Origin: a virus
Taxonomy: Duplodnaviria > Caudoviricetes
DNA length: 64,000 nt
Virus record (IMG/VR): IMGVR_UViG_3300042924_003217
Location: 2,073 to 66,072 of that record
Reading direction: 5' to 3' (one strand)
Part shown: positions 1-6,719 of the stretch, piece by piece
Layout of the letters: each line of letters opens with the position of its first letter
Numbering within the stretch: position 1 is the stretch's first letter
The notes under the pieces: model-generated
Seen by the model: only the letters and a program-made list of their open reading frames with translations
What the model was told of the DNA's origin: nothing
The model's database searches: none
Translations under genes and position numbers: made by a program

Positions 1-280
1 AGAGGTTTTCGCGCTTTAGAGCCGTCACCTCGTTGTGGAGCTCCGCGTTCTCGCGTTCCATCTCATCGACAGCATCGCACCACTTGAACCCCTCGTAACT
101 GTTCTCGGATGTGGGAGGGCACTGGTACACGTCGCGACGTAGCGCGGCGTTCTCGCGTTCGAGTTCGCGGGTGAATTCGGGGGAAACAAACTCTTGCGGC
201 TCAGACGAAAGCCCCCAATGTCCGACAAAAGCAACGTCCACGTCTCGGACCGCTGCGTCAGTTCGTGGAGTGTCGCTCAC
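1..280 (-). CDS. Modular accessory coiled-coil protein, 3' end truncated by the window edge
   Basis: Manual translation from GTG at 280: MSDTPRTDAAVRDV...ELERENAALRRDVYQCPPTSENSYEGFKWCDAVDEMERENAEL...; N-terminal part identical to 62126..62428; GTGA overlap with the upstream ORF. Confidence 0.75.
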   Translation of the reverse strand, partial: MSDTPRTDAAVRDVDVAFVGHWGLSSEPQEFVSPEFTRELERENAALRRDVYQCPPTSENSYEGFKWCDAVDEMERENAELHNEVTALKRENL

Positions 281-499
281 GGCTGCGCCTCCTTTCGGGC
301 TTTAATTAAAGCCGTATTTGCGATTGACGGACAATCGCAACCGTAAGGGCAAATGCCGTCTCCATGCGGTGAATTCTGATCATATTTGGCTATCGTCTTT
401 AACGCCTCTAGCAGCGCGGAGTTTTGGTTCACAAGTACGCTTATCTCATCCCAACTGACTTTCATCTTTTCACGCAATGCCGCGTTTTCGCGTTCAAGC
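153..499. repeat. 347-bp direct repeat, copy 1 (copy 2 at 62301..62647)
   Basis: Identical on manual comparison; both borders fall inside LERENAAL-coding motifs and the flanks differ. Confidence 0.95.
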
Positions 500-660
500 T
501 GTTCGATCCTCCCTCGCAACGAGTATTCACGCTCGCTGCCCTTAGCGTTGAGCGTGCATTGCTCTTTCACCTCCTCCCGCAGCGCGGTGTTGTCGCGTTC
601 AAGCTGTCGCACTTTTTGAAACAACTCAGCCGCTCGACCTAATGCGTGGGTGTAGCTCAT
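277..660 (-). CDS. Modular accessory coiled-coil protein
   Basis: Start MSYTH at 660 after AAGGAGG with ATGA overlap; two LER(D/E)N(T/A)ALRE motifs; C-terminus identical to that of 62425..63279. Confidence 0.8.
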   Translation of the reverse strand: MSYTHALGRAAELFQKVRQLERDNTALREEVKEQCTLNAKGSEREYSLRGRIEQLERENAALREKMKVSWDEISVLVNQNSALLEALKTIAKYDQNSPHGDGICPYGCDCPSIANTALIKARKEAQP

Positions 661-998
661 GGCTTGGCCTCCTTGCGTGCGGCGTTGAACGCGGCGCGAT
701 CCATCTGCACGATGATGTCGTTGGGATACATCCAGCATTCGATCACCCGCCATTCGCGTCGTCCATCGAAGTGAGTGTATTCTGCCAACACTTCGGCTCT
801 CGCCAACACCTCGCGCAGCGCGGCGTTCTCGCCGTTCAATCGGTAGCGTTCCACAGCATCTTCGCACGCCATGTCGTGTGCTTTGCGGTTCTCCTCGCGC
901 AGCGCGGCGTTCTCGCGTTGGAGCTGTTGCATTTTTTGCAGCAGCTCCTCTTTTTCCGTGAGGCCGGAATTGCTCCACAACTTGGTGTTGTCGCTCAT
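657..998 (-). CDS. Modular accessory coiled-coil protein
   Basis: Two ENAALRE motifs, ends NAARKEAKP; ATGA overlaps on both sides. Confidence 0.8.
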   Translation of the reverse strand: MSDNTKLWSNSGLTEKEELLQKMQQLQRENAALREENRKAHDMACEDAVERYRLNGENAALREVLARAEVLAEYTHFDGRREWRVIECWMYPNDIIVQMDRAAFNAARKEAKP

Positions 999-1222
999 GA
1001 CTGACCTTTCTTAGCCTTGAGGCGTTCGGCCAGCATCTCGTCGGCGCACTCGTATGCGTGTTGAGAGGTGTCGCGCCATCCCAGTTCCCACGATGAGTTA
1101 GCCAACAGTCCTGACAACGCGGCTGCTGCGAGGTAGTCCCGCAGGGTCATGCCCTTAGCAATAACCGAGTGCCCTGTGGTGACGGGAAAAGCCGGGCCTC
1201 CGTCGTTTGGTGATGTGCTCAT
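995..1222 (-). CDS. Conserved small phage protein of unknown function
   Basis: Widespread phage motif GGPAFP...GMTLRDYxAA.AL.G...AY..AD.ML.ER. Confidence 0.85.
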   Translation of the reverse strand: MSTSPNDGGPAFPVTTGHSVIAKGMTLRDYLAAAALSGLLANSSWELGWRDTSQHAYECADEMLAERLKAKKGQS

Positions 1223-1542
1223 TGCTCAACCTCAAAAGTGAGTGCGCTCAAGATCTCTGAACAGACAGCAGCAAGCTGCGGGTTGTGCTGGCACTGGATC
1301 ATGGTTGCCGCGACAAATGCGCGAGCATTAGCCAAACGCTTCATCCGTTCGGCCAAGCCTTCGCCTGCGTTCACGCTTGCCGCCAACTCCTTTGCCTTCA
1401 CCTCCGCATCGGGACCATACATAGTGAAAGAATCACTGTAGTGGTAATCCGGAGTGCGGGTGACAATCCACCACCCCTGTTTCTTGCCTTCATGGACGCC
1501 TTCTACCGCTACCCATGGTTTTTTTTCTTCAGTCGTGCTCAT
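1219..1542 (-). CDS. Hypothetical protein
   Basis: AAGGAG SD with CA-rich leader; ATGA overlaps. Confidence 0.75.
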   Translation of the reverse strand: MSTTEEKKPWVAVEGVHEGKKQGWWIVTRTPDYHYSDSFTMYGPDAEVKAKELAASVNAGEGLAERMKRLANARAFVAATMIQCQHNPQLAAVCSEILSALTFEVEQ

Positions 1543-1739
1543 TTCTTAGTCTCCTTGTTGTTTGTGTTGTGCTTGTTGAACTGGCAGCAAGAGAGCGCCA
1601 GTCGTAAATGTTCGATAGCTTGCACAGCTTGTTCTGCTGTGCGCGACACACCATCGCCGTACTTCTCGTCCTGTTCTTCTTGCAGGATGCGAAGGTCCTC
1701 CACCAGTCGATCAAGCGCCTTCGGGTCTTCGTAGTTCAT
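1539..1739 (-). CDS. Hypothetical protein, paralogue of the N-terminus of 63276..63674
   Basis: RLVEDLRILQEEQDEKYGD vs RLVRDLRIMQESEDERNGD; ATGA overlap at 1736-1739. Confidence 0.75.
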   Translation of the reverse strand: MNYEDPKALDRLVEDLRILQEEQDEKYGDGVSRTAEQAVQAIEHLRLALSCCQFNKHNTNNKETKK

Positions 1740-2164
1740 GGCTGGGCCCCCTTGGCGCGTGCGGCGTTGATGGCGGTGCGGATGCGCTCTCGGCCCCGAA
1801 CTTGATCGTAGAGCCACTCAGTATCGTGACCCACAGTCCAGAATTCTCCTGCTAGCTCTTTGTCGCAGTCACGCCAGCAGACTCCACGCTTCAGCAGCCA
1901 ACTGAGCAGTTCAGAGTCTTCCCGCAGCGCGGCGTTCTGCTTATCTGCGTCATCACGCTCCTCTAAAGCCTTGTTCGTCATCTCGACAAGATCGGTTTTG
2001 CTCCAAACCTCATCGGGGATGTTGCGGAAACGATCTTCGCTTTGCTGAAGCTCTTCGCGCAGCTTGGCGTTTTCAAACTGCAATTCCTCAATGCGTTCAT
2101 GCTGCTCGTTGATTTTGCGAGTAGCCTGTTCCATGACAGAAGTAACGAAATCAAAAGTACTCAC
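1736..2164 (-). CDS. Modular accessory coiled-coil protein
   Basis: ENAKLREE and QNAALRED motifs; ends AINAARAKGAQP. Confidence 0.8.
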   Translation of the reverse strand: MSTFDFVTSVMEQATRKINEQHERIEELQFENAKLREELQQSEDRFRNIPDEVWSKTDLVEMTNKALEERDDADKQNAALREDSELLSWLLKRGVCWRDCDKELAGEFWTVGHDTEWLYDQVRGRERIRTAINAARAKGAQP

Positions 2165-2466
2165 GACTTAACCTCCTCATCGTTCCACAGCGGGGACGGT
2201 TTCTTGTTGGTCACGATCCACTCGGCAGTCAGGAGATAGCCGTGCGCATCGATCAGGTTGTCATCCTTGGGGCGGTGCATCTGACGACGCAGCTTGAGTG
2301 CCGTCATCATCAGCGCCACATCCATCGGCTCGATCTCGCTCTTCAACTTGTTGTTGAGGAGCCCGGACCACATCAAAGCGATGCCCTCGAAATCTTCGCG
2401 AGGGTCGCCGTAGTCGGTGTTGCGGTCACCGAGGACCAGTTGTGCTGCTTTGTCTGCGTTGTTCAT
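2161..2466 (-). CDS. DUF6378-like phage protein
   Basis: DR..DYGDP..DF..IA.MWS...DVALMM..LK..R...K.DN..D..GY pattern. Confidence 0.75.
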   Translation of the reverse strand: MNNADKAAQLVLGDRNTDYGDPREDFEGIALMWSGLLNNKLKSEIEPMDVALMMTALKLRRQMHRPKDDNLIDAHGYLLTAEWIVTNKKPSPLWNDEEVKS

Positions 2467-2481
2467 GGCAGTAGAAATGAA

Positions 2482-2598
2482 TTCGCTCGGGGCTCACTTA
2501 GTGAACCCACTCATGCGGTTTTTCCGTTACCTACGATCTCTGAAGTTTTTCAACTAGCAGTTATCTAGCCCGCATGATGCACGGTTTGTGCGAGCGAA
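2482..2598 (-). ncRNA. Putative structured RNA element (multi-stem junction)
   Basis: Nested complementary stems filling an intergenic gap; see findings. Confidence 0.45.
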
Positions 2599-2602
2599 AG
2601 TG

Positions 2603-2830
2603 TTAGTCATCAATCGCCGTTTCGGAATCGGCGTTGACGCAAAGTGCGTTGATCTTGGCCAACTTGGCCTCCAGCTCTTCAATCTTGGCGTCAGCCTCCA
2701 TAAGGGCGAGCACCAGCGTGTCGATGTCGTCAACAAACTGGGTGATGTTGTCGTGGTGCAGGCGCATGAATGCGCGGTTCTGATTAGCGGTGAAGGTTTT
2801 GAGCTTCATGGGTTGTTGTTGTTGCGCCAT
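2603..2830 (-). CDS. Hypothetical coiled-coil protein (alternative start at 2809)
   Basis: ORF with heptad-like C-terminus. Confidence 0.6.
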   Translation of the reverse strand: MAQQQQPMKLKTFTANQNRAFMRLHHDNITQFVDDIDTLVLALMEADAKIEELEAKLAKINALCVNADSETAIDD

Positions 2831-2883
2831 GACCTTGGACTGCGTTTGTCTCCAATGCAACATTATTTTGTAGGAAAGTTGTG

Positions 2884-3480
2884 TCAGCTCAAACGGAGCA
2901 CGGTGTCGTGACCACTCCTGACTACCTTGTACCCCACGGACTCGTACCGTCGCACAACTTCCGCAACCTCCACGAAGTCCACCAATGAGTTGCTCTCAAA
3001 CTCGCACTGAATGGGCCACTGGTGGTGCTTTCCGGCTCTGGTCAGGTAGCTCCACAACTGGAGCATGATCTTAGCGTCCATGCCCTCGGTGTCGATCTTC
3101 AGGCGCTCCACGCATTGAACGTCGTAAGCATCCCAGACGTACCCGATAGGCAGGCACGGCACCGTTTCCACGGTCACCAAGTGCTTGACCCCTAACTCAA
3201 TGTGTTTCGGGTGATAGTCGCCAATGCTGTTGCAGCCGCGAAGCCAGTGGGGCAGGCCATGTTTCTCGATGACATCCTCTGTGACGTAGTACAGGGACAG
3301 GATCTGAAACTTATCGGTTGGCGAAATCGCGATGTTGAGCTTCTGAACGCGGGGCTTGTTCGGCAACCGGTCCAAGTAGAATTTCAACGGCTCGATGGAC
3401 AGGCCAACGGTGTCGTCGCCTGCTTCCTCGATCAGGGTTTCAAAGCAGGACGTTCCAATTTCAATGAAGGAGTATAGCAT
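2884..3480 (-). CDS. FkbM-family methyltransferase-like protein
   Basis: FIEIGT, SIEP and LKIDTEG.D motifs. Confidence 0.75.
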   Translation of the reverse strand: MLYSFIEIGTSCFETLIEEAGDDTVGLSIEPLKFYLDRLPNKPRVQKLNIAISPTDKFQILSLYYVTEDVIEKHGLPHWLRGCNSIGDYHPKHIELGVKHLVTVETVPCLPIGYVWDAYDVQCVERLKIDTEGMDAKIMLQLWSYLTRAGKHHQWPIQCEFESNSLVDFVEVAEVVRRYESVGYKVVRSGHDTVLRLS

Positions 3481-3764
3481 GTGGGGGATTTGATGTTGTG
3501 GCGCTTACAAAGGGTTTTGATTGTGGTCTGAGAGGCTCCGTAACGATCACCAATCTCTCGGTACGAAATGCCAATCTCCCGTGCTTTCGTGATCTCTGCG
3601 AGCTTCTCCTCGTCCCAGACGTAGCGGTTGTTGTAGCGGTTGTTCTTGGCCTCGTACATGAGCTTCTTGAGGGGCACCCCAGCGGTTTCCCTCGGCAACT
3701 TACTCAAAAACCGCTCATGAATCGACTCAAAGTACCTCATGCATGACGATGTTTGGCTATCCAT
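3432..3764 (-). CDS. HTH DNA-binding protein (tandem paralogue A)
   Basis: W.EE....G.SYREIGDRYGASQTTI helix-turn-helix. Confidence 0.75.
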   Translation of the reverse strand: MDSQTSSCMRYFESIHERFLSKLPRETAGVPLKKLMYEAKNNRYNNRYVWDEEKLAEITKAREIGISYREIGDRYGASQTTIKTLCKRHNIKSPTCYTPSLKLERPALKP

Positions 3765-4071
3765 GGTTCTTGATCACGTTCTTGGTGATGCTGGTAGGCG
3801 AGTACATTTTGTGGATTTCCGCCAGTCTCTGAATGGCGCAGGCGCTCATGTTGAAGTGCTTTCCGATTCGCCGGAAGCTGACGCCCTGTAGCCGCATTTC
3901 ACGCATTGTCTGGATGTCTTCTTCGCTCCAGATGTAACCGTGCTTCTCGCGGCTCTTGATGCCCTTGTTCGTGAGTTTTGACGGATCCCCAGTCTCCACC
4001 GGCAGCTTACTCAGGTAGCGTTCGTAGATGCTCTCATAGTAGCGCATCGTTGATGCCGCTTGTGAGTCCAT
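3757..4071 (-). CDS. HTH DNA-binding protein (tandem paralogue B)
   Basis: WSEED...GVSFRRIGKHFNMS; shares MDSQ..S.MRY.ESI.ER.LSKLP.ET with its neighbour. Confidence 0.75.
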   Translation of the reverse strand: MDSQAASTMRYYESIYERYLSKLPVETGDPSKLTNKGIKSREKHGYIWSEEDIQTMREMRLQGVSFRRIGKHFNMSACAIQRLAEIHKMYSPTSITKNVIKNHG

Positions 4072-4073
4072 GG

Positions 4074-4220
4074 TTAGAGTTCGTGTGGAGTGTTGCGATA
4101 CCTGTTGCGGATCTCGTCCAAGCGAGCCATCTCCTCCAGTTCCGCTTCGGTGTAGCCGACATCGTTGGTATCGGCCAGAATCTCATCCAGTTCGGTCGTG
4201 TTTTGTTGAGCAAAGTTCAT
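4074..4220 (-). CDS. Small acidic hypothetical protein
   Basis: ATG at 4220; first gene of the leftward operon. Confidence 0.5.
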   Translation of the reverse strand: MNFAQQNTTELDEILADTNDVGYTEAELEEMARLDEIRNRYRNTPHEL

Positions 4221-4330
4221 CGCCCAAACTCTGAAAACACGACTGAGCGATTTCAAGCCTCAAAAGTTTTTTTCTAAAAAACTCGAAATAGGCTTGACGG
4301 TGTTCGGCGCGAGGTCCAATTGGGAAATCG

Positions 4331-4747
4331 ATGAAAGCACTAGCCACCAAAGCACGGACCCTTCAGTTCGTTGCTCATTCAGGACACAACCTCATTGAGG
4401 GACGGTCCTTCTACGGAGATCACGCCGCTCTGGGTGAACTCTACGGTACGTACACCAAGCTCTACGATTTGATCATCGAACGGATGATCTCTGTCGATGA
4501 GACAACCCAACCGCTTGAGATCACCGTTGCCGCTGCGCAGGAAGCTGCTGGCGTTGGTGAAACCAAGGACGCTAATCAGATCTTCGCAGATCTCTCCTCG
4601 TTGGAGATTGAGCTTCGCGGACTGTGCAGCAAGTCCCTTGATCAGGACGAGTTGACGCCGGGAGTTAAGAACCTCGTTGAACAGATCGCCAGCGATAGCG
4701 AGGACCGTTCGTACAAGATCGACCAAAGGATCGCCAATGTTCGTTAA
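4331..4747 (+). CDS. Ferritin/Dps-like four-helix protein
   Basis: H..H..I.G..FY.DH..LGELY......D..IER matches the Dps ferroxidase-type signature. Confidence 0.7.
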   Translation: MKALATKARTLQFVAHSGHNLIEGRSFYGDHAALGELYGTYTKLYDLIIERMISVDETTQPLEITVAAAQEAAGVGETKDANQIFADLSSLEIELRGLCSKSLDQDELTPGVKNLVEQIASDSEDRSYKIDQRIANVR

Positions 4748-4976
4748 CAACAGACCAGCCAAGGAGGGGGAAGAGGAATACGCTACGCTGACCATGCGCG
4801 TTAAGGACGGTCAGTTCAGCACCAACTTTGAGCTATCTCACACTCCCGACATCAGCAAAGGCCAAGAAGGCATCTCGTTTGTTCAGATGGCCGCTTACGT
4901 TGCTTTCGAGAGCGTAAAAAAGTTTGCCGATGAAATCTCGCAAAACGCACAAAACCCAGAAACCCCTAAGTCATGA
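4737..4976 (+). CDS. Hypothetical protein
   Basis: ORF overlapping neighbours, AAGGA upstream. Confidence 0.55.
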   Translation: MFVNNRPAKEGEEEYATLTMRVKDGQFSTNFELSHTPDISKGQEGISFVQMAAYVAFESVKKFADEISQNAQNPETPKS

Positions 4977-5124
4977 CGAATTGGTCGCTGAAATTGAACG
5001 ACTTCGTGCCATTATTGCCGAGGCTGCTCAGTATCCCTTCCAGTCCATCAACCTACATAACATACTCAAGAAAGGTCTCAATGAAGCCCATCAAGAAGAA
5101 AACAGGACGACCGCTGCTCGGTAA
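4930..5124 (+). CDS. Hypothetical protein
   Basis: Short helical ORF in operon. Confidence 0.5.
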   Translation: MKSRKTHKTQKPLSHDELVAEIERLRAIIAEAAQYPFQSINLHNILKKGLNEAHQEENRTTAAR

Positions 5125-5266
5125 AGAGCGCCGCGTGCTCCTCACCGTATCAATCGACCCCAGTACTGCTGCGTACATCAAGCGTAACGCCAGCAAGTAC
5201 GGGTCCCGTGGCAGCGTGGTTGATCGCGCTCTGGCCAAGCTCATCCGAAAGGACAAGCGGTCATGA
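5081..5266 (+). CDS. Ribbon-helix-helix DNA-binding protein
   Basis: GRP..GKERRV.LTVSID...SRGSVVDRAL resembles RHH. Confidence 0.6.
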   Translation: MKPIKKKTGRPLLGKERRVLLTVSIDPSTAAYIKRNASKYGSRGSVVDRALAKLIRKDKRS

Positions 5267-5886
5267 GCAAGCTTACCAATCTCAGTGAGATCGCTGATCT
5301 GGCCGACAAGGCTTGGATCAATGGTTCCTTCAAGGCTATCGTCACCCGCGCCAAGGCTGGTTCCGGCAAGGTTCCCGGTCGCGCCGTGCTGGTTGACCCC
5401 GACAACGCCGCGATCACGGCTGAGTCCTGCTGGTGGGGTGGGCGCGATCCGTCGCCCTTCGAAGGCAAGATCGTCAACTTCGCTGGCGCTGGCATGTCCA
5501 AGTCCACGTACAAGGATAAGCTCCAGATCAACGTGAACGAGAAGGCGAAGGTGGACGTGTTCCAAGACGCCATTCCCGGTCAGCACATGCCTCACAAGGC
5601 TCCTGCTGTCGCTGCTTCCGTTAAGCCTGCCGTTGCGGGCGATTTTAACGAGGAAATGACCAAGATCGGGCAGACGTGGCTCCACAGCCTCAGGACCGCT
5701 CTAATGGTCAAGGAACTGGCATCCCTGAGCCTGCAACACGATCTGACCGAGGATCAATTTCAGGCTCTTGTGTCCTCGATCTTCATTGAGGCGAATCGTA
5801 AGGGCTTGGGCGCTAACCCGCCTCCCTTGAGCCCCCGCGAGAATCCAGCCCCCTCCCACGCACCCGCACCGGAAGACCCGTACTGA
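5263..5886 (+). CDS. Putative single-stranded DNA-binding protein (OB-fold-like)
   Basis: Beta-rich N-terminus, Pro-rich acidic tail ending EDPY; directly before exonuclease and primase. Confidence 0.45.
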   Translation: MSKLTNLSEIADLADKAWINGSFKAIVTRAKAGSGKVPGRAVLVDPDNAAITAESCWWGGRDPSPFEGKIVNFAGAGMSKSTYKDKLQINVNEKAKVDVFQDAIPGQHMPHKAPAVAASVKPAVAGDFNEEMTKIGQTWLHSLRTALMVKELASLSLQHDLTEDQFQALVSSIFIEANRKGLGANPPPLSPRENPAPSHAPAPEDPY

Positions 5887-5909
5887 GCAGCACCTGAGCA
5901 ACAACAACA

Positions 5910-6719
5910 ATGAGCTTTTTCACGTCGGGTAACCATTGGTATCAGGTCGATGCCAAGGGCGCTATTGCACCAGCGCACGATATCGACCTACGGGAGGCGC
6001 GGAAGATTAACGCCTACCCCTCGATCACAACCATCCTCAAGGAGCGGGCCAACCCTGCTCTGGATAAGTGGAAACAGGATGAGTTGTTCAACGCGGTAGT
6101 GGACAACAAGCGGAAAAAGGGCGAGAGCGAGGACGATTACCGTGAGCGCATCGCAACCATTGCCCAGACCAAGGGCCGGGAGGCTGCTGAGTTCGGCACC
6201 CGCCTGCATGATGCGCTGGACTTGTTCCCCCAGACCACCATCGACGCGGACTTAGCTCCATACGTCGAACTATTCGCGCCCAGTTATTTCCATCACGTCA
6301 GGCAGCGTATTGCGAGTGAGATCATGCTGGCTGACACCGAGATTGGGGTTGCGGGTCGTACCGACTTGATCGCGGAAACCGAATGGGGTCTGGCAATCAT
6401 CGACTACAAGACAAGCAAGTTCAAGGGCGGTAAGGCTAGCTTTTGGCCGAGCTACCGAATCCAGTTGGCTTTCTACGCCAAGGCGTACCAGAAGCTGCAC
6501 AACTTGGCCAAACCCCCGGTGTGCATCAACGTGGGCATCAACTCCCTTGCGCCCACTGAGCCAGTTTGGAAGGTCTACACGGTTGAGGAGCAGGAGGCGG
6601 CGTATGCGGAGTTTCTCGCAATTGCCTTCCTGTGGTTCTCCACCAAGAACTACTGGCCTGTGTCCAACCATCGTTGGACCGCTCACTTCAACGTCAACGG
6701 CAAGCTTCAATCCGCCTAA
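5910..6719 (+). CDS. PD-(D/E)XK exonuclease (RecB/Cas4-like phage recombination nuclease)
   Basis: YPSITTIL, GTRLH, AGRTDLI, IIDYKTS, QLAFYA motifs. Confidence 0.9.
   Translation: MSFFTSGNHWYQVDAKGAIAPAHDIDLREARKINAYPSITTILKERANPALDKWKQDELFNAVVDNKRKKGESEDDYRERIATIAQTKGREAAEFGTRLHDALDLFPQTTIDADLAPYVELFAPSYFHHVRQRIASEIMLADTEIGVAGRTDLIAETEWGLAIIDYKTSKFKGGKASFWPSYRIQLAFYAKAYQKLHNLAKPPVCINVGINSLAPTEPVWKVYTVEEQEAAYAEFLAIAFLWFSTKNYWPVSNHRWTAHFNVNGKLQSA

Noticed and set aside
1-2164. Array as CRISPR, diversity-generating retroelement, integron or shufflon
   Set aside because: Repeats are degenerate, in-frame, same-orientation and irregularly spaced; no cas genes, reverse transcriptase, adenine-specific variation or site-specific recombinase is visible.
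2482-2598. Intron-containing tRNA or hammerhead ribozyme
   Set aside because: No TTC T-loop, CCA end or CUGANGA core.
5910-6719. Cas4 as evidence of a CRISPR system
   Set aside because: No Fe-S cysteines, no array; context is a phage recombination/replication operon.
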